A stretch of 63,924 nucleotides of DNA, counting the filler, from Saprolegnia diclina VS20 (Eukaryota): NCBI RefSeq assembly GCF_000281045.1. It is 13 parts of 4 records of this genome, joined end to end, with 100 filler letters (N's around TTAATTAATTAA, not from the genome) between each part and the next. Parts side by side here need not be neighbours in the genome. Positions count along the whole stretch, not along the records: positions 30,999 to 53,374 come from NW_008246135.1; positions 53,475 to 56,176 come from NW_008246135.1; positions 56,277 to 57,827 come from NW_008246136.1; 10 more parts are not named here. One strand, 5' to 3'. This document shows positions 44,335-56,405 of the stretch, in pieces (position 1 is the stretch's first letter; each line of letters opens with the position of its first letter). Both the position numbers and the translations under genes were made by a program. A model generated the notes under the pieces. It was not told the DNA's origin and did no database searches. It saw only the letters and a program-made list of their open reading frames with translations.

Positions 44335-47300
44335 ATGCGCTACCGTCGTCCAAGCTGCGTATTGCCAAGCTCATCAAAGCGCAGCAAGGCCCGTGGAAGC
44401 GGCCAGAGCGGCTTGAGCACGACGATGCTCCACCGCCGTCGTTTCCAACCCTTGCTGAGCTCGCAGCGCGGAAGAAGCAACCGCCGAGCATCGAGACACA
44501 CACGTTGGCCGCCAAGCGCAGAGTGTACGGCCTCGGTCCCAAGCTAGCGCTCAAGTATGGCAAAGCGCCCTTGGCAGCAATCAAATCAGAGAAGGACGAC
44601 CTCGAGCACCTCCGCGTACACGACGCTCCGCATTCGCTATGGCTCACGCGGGAAATGGCTAGAGTTCCATGCATCGCGTGGGCAAGAATCTCCCGATCCA
44701 GTTTTTGAAGGCGTCCAAACACACGGACTTTGCGAAGCGCATGGCCACCGAGACCGTTGTCCGCATCGTCTCGGCCAACTTTGAGCTCGCACGGCGCCGC
44801 GCCTTTGGCATGTGGCAGGTTCTCTTATCAATGCGATAGTACCGTGGACGCATTCGTAGTCTCAACGCTACTAACTCGTAGACATTTACAGACGCCCACC
44901 GCACCCGCGAGCATGCGTTCAAGCGCCATCGTCTCGAGCAACTTGCAGGTTTCACGCGGGCGCATTGCATGTCACCAACGATACCAATAGGTCTGGCGCG
45001 CATTTTGTTCTTGTTGCAGACAAACGTCGAGCGCCGCTCTCGATACATTCTAACCGCTTGGGCGACCGAAGCCAAAGCGCGGACGCGTGCCATTCATACC
45101 TTTCACGCGATTCGAATTCAGTGTGCGTGGCGGCAAGCCATGGCGCGGCGGCTGCGCCACCGTCTCTACTGTGCCCATTTGGCAGCCTGCCAGCGACACA
45201 GCGCTATTCACTCGCAGCGGTAATACCTATTGCTACCGTCGACAGCCGCAAACCGCTGCCTAGATTGGTGCGAGGATTCCTCGCGCGGCGCGAGTTTCGT
45301 CGCCGTCAAGTCGCCAAACAAGAGTCCATGGCAGCCTTGCAAATCCAGCGTGCTTACCACAACCAAGTCCTCTACCGCGCGTATCGACGCCAAAAACAGA
45401 GTCGCGCGGGTGCGCTGCTGCAGCGCGTGTACCGCGGCCATCGTGGCCGCGTTATCGCGCTTGGTCGTCGTGCTGCGCTCGCCCAGTGTGCCACCAGCTA
45501 TGTTGTCGAGCAGCTGCTTCCGACCGCCGGCGCCAACGCATGCCGACGCATCGTGAGTGCCCACTGCATCCAGCGCTGTGTGCGGCACGCGACTGCACGC
45601 TCCAACTACACCTGTGCCTACCCGAAGCTGCATGCGCGCCGCCGGTACTTTCCCACATTTCGCATCCAGGTACCCTATATTGTCCATGGTATATGGGCAT
45701 TTCTTTTATTCAACTAGCGCACGTGGCACGTCTTTCGGTCCACACAGCTTGCGACAGTCGTGCGCCGTCTCGTGCAGGGTCTCTGGGCGGTGCAAGGACG
45801 GCTATCTTGCAAGTTCGCCTACCGAGATGCCCGGCGCGTCGAACGAGCGCAACGCCGCGCGGCGATCGCGATCCAACGCATGTGCCGTGGCCACCTCGCC
45901 CGACGGCGCGTGCAGCCGCTCATTGACGCCCGGCTCAATGCGCTCGTCCAGTCGCTTCCACCGGGCTTTGTCGTCTCGCCGACCATACTGCGCGGCCGGG
46001 GGACGCAAGCGATGGCGCAGCTCGAGCAACAAGTGCAGAAATGGCGCGGGCGGAATGCGGTGACGCTTCAGCGTGTCTACCGCGGCCACGTGGGCCGTCA
46101 CGTGGCCAAGCGCGTACGAATTGCGTGGTGCCACCTCCTTAGCGTGCTCAACTGCCCCGTCCACGCGTTTCTTCGACGTCAGCTCGGTCGTCGCGTCCGG
46201 GTATGTCCCTACACCGCTCGTGTCATTTAGAGACTTGTAAATGGTGGTGGCTAGGCCCGCTGGGCGCGCAAGCGACACGCGCGTTTTAACAAAGCCTTTT
46301 TAGCGTGGAAGGGCATTGCCCGCGCGCTCCAGCACGTCCACTTGCTACGGTCGTCGGCGCGGCTTCGGCAACTCGCCAACTGGCATTTTGAAAAAGTGCT
46401 GCGCAAGAAAACACTGCGGCGGTGGCAGATTGGGCTTGTGCGGCAGCGCGAAATGCGCTTCAAGAAGCGCGTTGCGCAGTCCCACGCGTCGCTCTCGCGA
46501 CAGACCAAAGCCTTCCAGGTGTGTTGAGAACTCGATACGTCGAGAATTGACGCACGTGGGTAGCGCTTGTACGACCACGGACTTGCGGCCATTGTTCACG
46601 AAAGGGTCTCGATGCTGCAGTACAAGGTGATGTTTGTGCGCGCGTGGCGCCTCCATACGATTCAAATGCGCCACATACGGGCCATGGAGGCGCGGTACCA
46701 CGCTCGGCTATCGACCGCCATGCTGGACCAGTGGCGCACAGTGTACATCTGGGATCATCTGGTGCAAGGCCTTGCGCGACGGCAGCGCGAGGCGTCGTCG
46801 CAACGCTCGCATCTGCGCGCCCTGCTCACGTACGTCGCTCGGCAACAGGCAGGTATGTTGCATTTTAGTACGCGTACGAGTATGCGAGGACACTATGCAC
46901 ATGACATGTTGTCTAGTTGCGGCGCAATGGCGCCGACGCGGGCAGCAGCGTGGCCTTTCGAAATGGGTTACGGCGCGGGCGTGGACGCTATTGACCAACG
47001 ACCAAGTCGCGCGGGCCCATCGATTTCGCGCGCGCCACATTGTGCGTCGGTGGCGGCAGCTCCGCAGCGTTCAAGAGACCGCTATGGCGCTCCGCACCAA
47101 GGTCCATGCGTTTGCCACTGTCCACGGACAGCGGCGCGCGCTCGTCAACTGGCTCGTGTACACAGACGAAGCCCGCGCGTACCACGTTTTGTATACAAAA
47201 GCGCAGAGTCTCTTCAAGCGCACGCACGTTGCGAAAGCCTTTGCCGAGTGGTTTCAGCTCTGGGCCGAGACCGCCGGCGAGCGTCGCATCTACTTTGCAA

Positions 47301-50300
47301 AGCTTGTGCAGCGTCTCTGGCGCGGCAAGCTCAGTCGGCGCCGCTTTACGCAAGCCCGCGCTTTAGAGGACTACAAGGTACAACACACGATCCAAGCATC
47401 AAGATATCAAGATCTTATTGTATGTAACTTGCTCACTAGGTGGCGCGGCGCATCGAGCTCGGCACTGACATTCCGCAGTTGGAACCAGACGCGATCCAGG
47501 CGCTGGTGACTCCGGCATTGCGCAGCAAGGAGTGGGTGCTACTTCTCGCCTACTTGCCGTGGACAGCACCGTCGCCGCGCATGTACAATGCATTTGCGAC
47601 GGTCGCGACTTCGTACTATAAGAACAAACGTATTGCGTTTGGCTGCGTCGACGCCACGCAGCGGGACGCGTCGTACGTTGCAGTATTGTTTCAATGTATC
47701 GAGTCACCCGATACGTCACGTGTCTAGAAAAAGCATTGCATCCAAGTACCAGCTCGAGGACGCGATGCTACCGCGGCTGCTTGTGTTTTGGCAAGGGCGT
47801 GGACCCGACACGCCGGCGCAGCGCGATCCTGCGCGGCGTATCACGCGCCGATTTACCGCCGTCCAACTGCACTACCCGCACCCGCTCTTGCAGACACAGG
47901 AGCTCCACGCATGGGTACGACGTCTCTTGTCCACTAGCCGCGAATGCACAGCGATTGATCTCCAAGCCGATTGGCGCCGGTTCCTCGTGCGGCTTCGGCG
48001 CTACTACCGGCGTCAAATCTGCCGCCGCGACGCGATCGTCCGCGTCGTACTCTGGTTTGTTCAGCGTCGGCGGGCGCGCCGGCGCCGGAACGCCACCAAG
48101 CTCCAGCGTTGGTACCGTCGGCGAAAAGAGCAAATCGCTGCGTATGCGCGCGTCGTGGCGTCCATGGCCGCGTACCGCAGGCCGATCGTGGCGTTTCAGC
48201 GCACCCTTCGGCGGCATTATTGCCGACGCCAGTTTCGTCGCGCCATGTACAGTATTGTCATTTCATAGTTGTCGACGATCGATTTGGTGCTAGGGATGAA
48301 AAACATGCCACCGTTGATAAGTACCCCCACGCGCCGCTGTGCTTGACGTGCGAGTGCGCGGTTGGCGTGCTCAAGTGCATCGACTGCAACGAGCCGTACT
48401 GCGATGCATGCTTTGGCGTGTACCACAGCAGCGGCCATCGCGCCAGCCATCGAAGTAAACTGATCGACTTTATCGCGATGCACGCCAACGACCCAATGTG
48501 TGCCGACTGCCTTGTCGACCGGCCGCAGCGAGTCTGCAAGGTGCATTGATACCTTTGGTCTAGATCAAGAGGCGTAATGTGATGTAGAGCTGTAAAAAAG
48601 GTCTGTGCGGACAGTGCCACAACAAGACGCACACTATCGCGTCGGGTGCGCAGACGCATGTGTACACGCGGGCGCGTGTGCTCTTGAAGACATTCGAGCG
48701 CGCCCACAAGACGACCGCCAAGACGAGTGCGGTGATGCACCGCAAACTTGAGAAAAAGCGAGCAACGTTGCTTCTGACCGAGACAGCCCACGAGATTATG
48801 CTCTCGCAACACTGGATGTCGTTCACTCAAAGAGAGGCGGCGCGTGTTGCGACCGAGGCGGCGACCAAAAAAGAAGCCGACCGCGCGGCTGCACTGGCGT
48901 ATGCGATGGCGCAGTTGGAACAGCCTGTGCTCGACGCGTTCGAAATCTACGACCCGGACCACGGAGGCTACGTCGGGGCCGGGGAGCTCGCTATGCTTTT
49001 GCGCAACGAGCTCTGCATTCCGCTGACCAAGAAGCAGCTTGCCATGGGCATGCGCGCCATCGACCAAGACGGCAACGGCCGATTCGGTACAGTTGCGTGT
49101 TCCTATTATTTGACAAGCTTGTCTTTATAGAGTGGCGCGAAATTTGCGCTTGGCTGGCGGAAATCGCGGTCGACCACAAGCTCGACGGTACGCCAACTTG
49201 GTTTTTCGTGTTTATTTGTCTTTTATTCATTTTTATTCATGAGTTATTCGCGTTTTCATCCCAAATTGCGGCTTTTTAGGTCGTCTCGATGCGCTTCGAC
49301 GCAAGAAGCTTCACGTACAAAAAGACTATCGCAATCTGCAACGAAAAATCCGAAAGTGGAAGACTTCGGTCTTTCCGGCGCGCAAAAAGCGCATCCGCAC
49401 GGTGCCCGGGTTTCCCGACGTACCGCAATTGCACCCTCTCGACGACTTTCAAAGCAAAAAGGCCGTCTTCTATCGCTTTCTTAGCGCGGGTAGAGCAACA
49501 TGAACTCGGCCAAAGCCTGCCCACGAGTATTGTCTTGTGTAGAATTCGGCATGAAGTGGATCCTCCAAGACGTCCACGAGATCGACTTGGCCAATCAAAT
49601 GGCGGTGTTTGCGTCAACGTTTGTGTTGCGCTGGAACCGCGGACAACTGAATTTCGAGTACTACTACGACGGCGTGACGTTCGAACATGACAATACCATT
49701 TGGAAGCAAGTGTGGCAAGAAACGGACCGCAAGTACACGTTTACCAATGTGGCCGATGGCAGCGAGCATTTCGCCGATCCGCGCAAAGTTGAAATGCTCT
49801 TTGCTCAAGCACGCGAAGCGTTCGGGGAGGTCGATACGGACGGGTACGCGTGCTTGATTATTCCATTAGTATATTAGACGATCTGGGTAGATCCGGCCAA
49901 ATTGACGTGCTCGAGCTCTACCATTTACTCAACCACAACCTCTGTGAGCCCGTGACGATGGATCAAGCGCGTACGATCATGGAGAGCATTGATAAAGACG
50001 CAAGTGGCGCCATTGGTACCGTATTTTTGAGGCTCCTGACGATATAATTGGTGCCGGTGTCCTAGATTTCAACGAGTTTTACACTTGGTACGCCTCGGAA
50101 AACAGCCAGCAATGCCCCAAATCGATGCAGCACCGCGGGCTCCGAACCGCGCTTCGCACGCGACGGCATGCCAAGCGCATCGGTACACGCTTCTGTGCTC
50201 GTTTCTGTGTGCAAAACAAGCTGTGTAGTCACGACCAGCTACAAGAAAGGGCTCGCGACAAGCAAGTCGGTTGTTCAATCCGTCCAGAACCGGATCGAAG

Positions 50301-50670
50301 CGCAGCGTCTCGCCAAAGCATGCGAGGGCGCCGACCCCGAAATGGTCGAGCTCCTCATTGAGGTTCGCAAGACATGATTGGATTGTAGTTTTACTATCTT
50401 TGCGACTAGGGATTTGACAAACCCATGGTTCATAAAGCGCTCATGCTGGCTCAAAACGACGTCAACAAGGTGGTCGTTGTTTGCGCAGGATGGAAGCGAC
50501 ATCGTCACATTAGGCGCGGACGTGGCTCCGGCAGCGCAAGGAGGAGGCCGAGCTCGACGCCAAGCAGCGAAAAGAAGCGCGCCAGAAGCGACGCAATGCC
50601 CAACTGCGGGGGCTGCATGCAGCCCATTCGACGGCCAAAGAGGGGCTCGTTGGTATCGCCAAGGCCATAA
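44335..50670 (+). CDS. Very large multi-exon protein (IQ motifs, Trp-rich helical repeats, thioredoxin-like segment, B-boxes, EF-hands); boundaries uncertain, may be more than one gene
   Basis: IQ: LQRVYRGHRGR, IQRMCRGHLARR, VQRLWRGKLSRR. B-box: CLTCECAVGVLKCIDCNEPYCDACFGVYHSSGHRASH. EF loops: DPDHGGYVGAGE, DTDG|SGQIDVLE, DKDASGAI|DFNE. Many GT-AG introns. Confidence 0.65.
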
Positions 50671-51064
50671 AATTGCTCATTTTTGGTGACAAACCCAACC
50701 ACGACGACGAGGTGCAACCGTGTCCATACGTTGGCATACGAAACACACGGGTCGTCTCTAGGTGGCGATGATTCTGCGCGACTTGCAACTCGACGTCAAC
50801 CGCGCGGAAGGCATCGTGCGAGACACGATCGAAAACAGTTAGCGCCCTTTCTCAGCGCCCAAGGCTAGGGTATGGGGCTATTGTATAGGTCGTCAAACGA
50901 GGACATAGTTGTTGGCGCCATAATCCATGGGTTTCGACTGGAGTTTGGTCAGGTCGCTTTTGCAATCAGATGCCAAACAATAGCCCAAATGGCCCAAATG
51001 TCGTTGCCATGACAACCCAACGACCGCCATCAAAACGGATTGCTCGGTCATTTCGACTTGAGCC

Positions 51065-52702
51065 ATGTGGACGAGCATTGCCGATGTGCAACCGGTGATC
51101 CTGGCCTTTGCGGAGCCGCTGACACAGTACCTCAACGGCGCACTCGACGCCGAATTGGACTTCCGCGCCGCCAACCGCGAAGCTACCGTGGCGCGCATCT
51201 GGGCCGACGCCTTTCGCAACGATTGGCCCGGCCAACTCGAGCGTCTCCCACAATGGTCTTGCCTGGACAAGGCCACCTATGCTTGCATCCGGTCCAAGGC
51301 CATGTACAGCAACGTGATGGCGTACGCTACTAGCCCCAACCACTGGTGCATCGTGGGTCAGCATCAATACTGCAATACGAACTGTGCACTTCCGGCCCAC
51401 CCGAGCTGGACACCCGACATTGAACTCAGCGAGGCCGATGCAGCCCCGATGGAGAACCTGTGGCTCGACGTCCTCGCGCCATTCCTCGAGTGTCCGATCG
51501 CGCTCGCGCATGCTGCGATCATTGGCGGGCATCTGCAGCTCCTCCGCTACCTCATCGGCGAGAAAAGCGTCGTTGTCGCTGACTTTGGCTACATCCACGA
51601 GTACGGCTGCAGCCGTCCGGCAATGGACATTGCCGCCGAGTACGGTCATCTCGAGGTCCTCAAGCTGCTCCACGACGGCGGTGCACTATTGTGCACGACG
51701 GCAGCCATGGACAAGGCCGCTCTCAATGGACATTTCCACGTCGTCCAGTGACTTCAGCAGCACCGCACCGAAGGCTGCTCCCCCCACGTCCTCGATCAAG
51801 TCATCAAGAATGGACACAGAGACATTGTGCGTTTTCTGCAAAAGCACTGCAACGCGTCGTTCTCGCCGGACGTGTTTGAAATGGCCGCCGCCTACAACGA
51901 CCTGGACCTCATCCAGGAATTGCATTACGTGTGGCACGCGCCATGCACGACAGCCGCCCTGGACGCCGCCGCCGCCCACAGCAGCGTGACGATCGTCGAT
52001 TTTTTACATCGAAACAGAACGGAAGGCTGCACGGCGCTGGCCATGGACAGCGCTGCATTCCGCGGGGCGCTTGACGTTGTCCGATACCTCCACGAACACC
52101 GAGACGAAGGATGCACGACCCTCGCGCTGGACGCGGCCGCCCGTTGCGGGCATCTACCCGTCGTTCAGTTTCTCACCGAGCACCGCACCGAGGGTGGCAC
52201 GGTGCACGCGATGGACCGAGCGGCGCACCGAGCGGCGCACCGCGGCTTTGACGCCGTCGTGCGCTACCTCCACGAACACCGAGACGAAGGCTGCACGACG
52301 CGCGCGGTGGACTGGGCCGCCGCCGCAGGTCATCTCTCCATTGTACGCTTCCTCCTTGAGCATCGATCGGAAGGCGGTACGTACCGAGGCATTTACTGGG
52401 CGGCCGCGCGCCGTGATCGCGACTACCCCGCTATTTTGGCTTTGTTGTTGCTGCACGACACGACCAAGATGCATTCTGCCGCCGCCGTTGAGCACGCATT
52501 GCGAATCGGCGACCGCAGGACCTTTAATGCCCTTCTCGCCGCGGGTTGCAACGGCGCGAGCGATGTCAACGTCGACGCCATCACTTGGCGACTGCTGAGT
52601 CGCGCCGACGCGCTCTATGACGACCCTACCACGGGTGAATATGGCAACACCGACAGAGACGAGCACAAAGAGAATTTCCAGTTTCACATAAACAGATTCT
52701 GA
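51065..52702 (+). pseudogene. Oomycete-type ankyrin-repeat gene with one in-frame stop
   Basis: MDxAAxxGHLxVVxxLHxxRxEGCT repeats. ORFs 51065-51751 and 51827-52702 are in the same frame, split by TGA at 51749-51751 (VVQ*LQQHRTEGC). Confidence 0.85.
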
Positions 52703-52756
52703 GGTTTATCAATAAATCTCTTCTGCATTGGTGCTGAATAGGCTTCAATGACATAA

Positions 52757-52962
52757 CACTCGGGTCGCAAGTACGACGGCGACGGCAACCTCAAGACGTA
52801 GTGGCCAACTGCACTTAAAAAAGTCGTCAAAGTTCAACGAAAAGGTCCAGTACATCGCTGATCAGTACTAGTACAGCCGCTTTGTGGCCAAGAGTGAAGT
52901 GACTGGCAAGATACTTACAAAGGTCATTAACCGCCTGACGCTCAGCGAGTCGATCGCGGACA
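52757..52962 (+). pseudogene. Decayed fragment of an M13 peptidase gene
   Basis: Aligns to ~39000-39191 (gacggcgacggcaacctcaag...tttgtggccaagagtgaagtgac...cgcctgacgctc...gatcgcggaca) with stops and indels. Confidence 0.88.
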
Positions 52963-53134
52963 CTGAGTGTTGCCGAATGGTTCTCTCATCGACCTTGTTA
53001 TTTACACGGAAACAAACATATGCAATCGACATCTCTATTGATTCGACGAATTACAGTAAATAGTATGTAGACATCTATTTGCGCAACAGACTTCGTAATC
53101 ATGTTGAATGTTTTACGTAGTAATATCTAGACGT

Positions 53135-53374
53135 CTATTGGCGCGACTTTTCCTGGAACGTGTTGATGCGGTTGTCGCTCATGAGCCGGATCGGGTTGCG
53201 GTGCGAGTTCCAGCTCGACTCGTTGACGTTGTCGCGGATCGGGCTGCCGCGGTTCTCCTTGCTCCAGTGCACGTGCGGGCAGCTCGTCAAGTAGCGCACT
53301 GATGCACCGCCAGCAAGCGCGCACGCGCCGACGATGACGCCGATGACGGGCCACGCAGCCGTGTCACGGAGCCA
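53135..53374 (-). CDS. B12D/NDUFA4-family small mitochondrial membrane protein (5' in gap; not in ORF track)
   Basis: Reads WLRDTAAWPVIGVIVGVCALAGGASVRYLTSCPHVHWSKENRG...*, matching the W..D...[YW]P-TM-R.L...P.V.W.K..R pattern. Confidence 0.75.
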   Translation of the reverse strand, partial: WLRDTAAWPVIGVIVGACALAGGASVRYLTSCPHVHWSKENRGSPIRDNVNESSWNSHRNPIRLMSDNRINTFQEKSRQ

Positions 53375-53634
53375 NNNNNNNNNNNNNNNNNNNNNNNNNN
53401 NNNNNNNNNNNNNNNNNNTTAATTAATTAANNNNNNNNNNNNNNNNNNNNNNNNNNNNNNNNNNNNNNNNNNNNATGTTGTCGAGAGATGACAAAACTGA
53501 GGTCATTATTCACACATATTAGCTGTCGGCATTCACGAGGCGGGAGTCGGCGGAGCTCTCGGTGGCATGACCGCATTACGCATTCAGAAGCCACGAGTCG
53601 TCATGGTCGCCATTCGCTGACGATTACGTGATCG

Positions 53635-53812
53635 AAGCTGGGTCGGCATGGGTCAGGGCCACTGCCCATGTGCCACCCGGACCCAACCCATGTTTTTTTC
53701 GGGCCGACCCAACCCAACCCGGCCCACCACAATTGTTTTTCGACCCACCCAGCTCGGCCCACGAGCCCGGGTTGGGCCGAGCCGAGTCATGGGTCATGGG
53801 CCAATGGGTCAT
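53635..53812. mobile_element. Probable DNA-transposon terminus with nested GC-rich inverted and subterminal repeats
   Basis: Clustered gacccaaccc / gggttggg / catgggtc motifs in both orientations. Partner end not found. Confidence 0.45.
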
Positions 53813-54411
53813 TTTGCAGATCTCTGGTCCACACCCAAAAACAGTTCACTGTAAATTATATCTAAATAGACTCACTTCAACAACAACGACGTTATCGACG
53901 AAGATGTCTGCCTCAACCGAGCCGACTACATGTACGACCGTTATATAGACCGCCGTGTCACAGCGCGCTTGAGCTGTCTTCCCGAAGAATTGGACGTCTA
54001 CACGAGCGACTTAATGAAGTGGCTTGTTGTGCGCACGAGATTTATCACGGCCAAGAAATTCAACATTGTGCGCTGGGTCAGCCAGTACGCCGACCTCGTC
54101 GACAGCCGTGCAGCGTCTGCTGTCGAAGCGAAATCGAGCGCCGCGCGTCCTCGTCCTCCTCCCGCACTCTACGAACGATATACGCTTCCTCCAAGCGTTG
54201 TGCAAGTACCAAGCGCGCAAGCTCGACCGCGTCGCCTCGGTACTGACGCGCACGAAGAAGAACCTAGCGCGACTTAATCAACGTGTCGTGGCTTTGGAGT
54301 ATCAGCAGCGCACAGCACACCAAGCTGATGCTACTCCTACGTATCTCGTCTGCAGCCCTCCATCCGAGTAACACTAAAAATACACGATTCAATTTGGATT
54401 TTAGCATGTCA

Positions 54412-54900
54412 CTACGGTGCCATGGCTTTGAGACGTAGCCTGCGCACGAACTTGATAGGTGGAATCTCCATCCCGTCGAGCTGCTCACCGATTCCTTCGT
54501 CGTCCCAGAACGTGCCCGAGCCTTCCTGCCATTCGACGACGAATGTATGTAAAATACACGATTCGCTCGTTGTCACAAGGTACACCCCGTCAGCTTCATC
54601 GACGCCGTCAGCTTCAATCGCTCGCTTGACGTCTTCGACAGGTTGCTTCGTGTTCTTGATTGGCTGGCCAGCGCCCCGAGGCCCTCGCATGCGATTGTAG
54701 TCGTACTCGGGCATGTCGATGTTGAACCCGAATTTTTTCCGCAAAAAGTCGACGTAACTCTTGGAGATCTTCGTGGGCATGCCATCGGCGGGATCAAATC
54801 CCTTGCTGCGAATGTATGCGTTGGTCGGCTCTCCCTTCCAAGTTGGCACGACGCCAAGAAGCTCGGCAACGATGGCCACGGCGACTTGAAAGCATGTCAT
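54412..54900 (-). CDS. Hypothetical protein, possible papain-like/C39 peptidase fold
   Basis: TCFQVAVA...GVYLVTT...LHTFVVE...FWDD pattern of Cys, His and Asp. Confidence 0.45.
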   Translation of the reverse strand: MTCFQVAVAIVAELLGVVPTWKGEPTNAYIRSKGFDPADGMPTKISKSYVDFLRKKFGFNIDMPEYDYNRMRGPRGAGQPIKNTKQPVEDVKRAIEADGVDEADGVYLVTTSESCILHTFVVEWQEGSGTFWDDEGIGEQLDGMEIPPIKFVRRLRLKAMAP

Positions 54901-56056
54901 GTCCTCGTTGGCACCGCTTCGCTTAACGCCTCGACCACCTTTGCCATTGTCATCGACCTGCGGCTGCCACGATATCGCACGTCTTGCCTCTTGCTTCTTC
55001 GGCCTCTACGCCAAGTAGGTCTGTAAAAGCGGTCGTAATTAGAAGAATCAACCTGTTGAACATGTCGGGTCGATGCAACCTTTTTCGACTTGAGACGTTT
55101 GGGTTTGGCGCGCGGGGACTTACGGACCTGCGGGACCATGGTGTCCCCTGCGACCAACGCTTGGTAGAGAGTGGCGCGCCGTGGCTTCCGCTTGACGACC
55201 GGCATGGCAAATCTGCTGATAAGTTTGTAGTGCAACGCCCAACGCAAACCGTTTTCGACCCTTCATCGCATGGATGGCTGCAGTTCGGGCGGAAATGTAG
55301 CCACTATTTATAAGATAGCCTTAACTCAATCTAAATATGTGATACTGGACACAGTACTTTAGAACCGTCGCTTTGCAACTGCTCCACCGTTTCACGGCGT
55401 CGGTTGGAGTGCCCACGCTCGTTCAGTTTGCCATTCACTTTGAATTTTGCTCTGCTAAGGCTTGCCATCCTTCGCGCAGATCTGGTAGATATATATTCTG
55501 TAGACTCTAAGGGACGCCTCCTAGTATGCACTCTCTCTCTCGACAATAGCTGGAGAGTATGGCTTTGGAAATGGGATAGGAACTCGGATCAGGCGCTATG
55601 TGTGTCCTACCCGATTCATCTATCTTGTGGATAAAGTCATGCTTGAATGCCATGTACGTGGAGCGATTGTGCATAGCACTCGGGGGCTTGTACTAGAACT
55701 GTCTACTCCTGTGGAATATGTACTCTAAAAGTGCCCATAGTGTGGTTATGCCGTTTAAACAGCGGCTTATCTCCCGGCTTCCTACGATGAATTGTGTTCT
55801 AGTAGCCCACATTGTCCACATTGCCTGCATGGTGTGCTTGCTCAATGCATTGTGGTCATTCCGCATTCATCCCGGTACAAGTATCCCAATACGTGCACAT
55901 GTAAGATGTTCGACGCCCAATCATCCTGGAATAATACGAGTTGGAAGTTCAGCGAAGAGTTGACAAGAAAGGCAGTAAATAGTAAACACTTGCACATCGC
56001 GTACCGTACATGTATTCCCGGTGCAACGAGCACACATAAACTTACCGGTAGCCCAT

Positions 56057-56136
56057 GACCAAGGCTGGTACAGACTGTACCAGCCTTGGTCGGTTGGTTG
56101 GGCACCTCTAGTCTAGACTCTAGACTAGAGGTGCCC
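56057..56136. repeat. Two adjacent perfect palindromes (17-bp and 18-bp arms)
   Basis: gaccaaggctggtacag-a-ctgtaccagccttggtc and gggcacctctagtctaga-c-tctagactagaggtgccc. Confidence 0.92.
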
Positions 56137-56276
56137 TTCTCTCACAATCACACAGCAAAATATCATTTTTGGGGTCNNNNNNNNNNNNNNNNNNNNNNNN
56201 NNNNNNNNNNNNNNNNNNNNTTAATTAATTAANNNNNNNNNNNNNNNNNNNNNNNNNNNNNNNNNNNNNNNNNNNN

Positions 56277-56405
56277 GCCAACCCGGACCTCGTCGCTCGG
56301 TTTGAGAAGAACGCGCCGCTGAACCAAGGCAACCCCAACACGTACTTTGTCCAAAGCCTCGAAGGCTACAACGACTACCCGACGCTCGAAGAGGCGACGG
56401 CGTAA
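56277..56405 (+). CDS. C-terminus of an old yellow enzyme (OYE/OPR/NemA-like)
   Basis: ANPDLVARFEKNAPLN...GYNDYPTL*. Confidence 0.85.
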   Translation, partial: ANPDLVARFEKNAPLNQGNPNTYFVQSLEGYNDYPTLEEATA

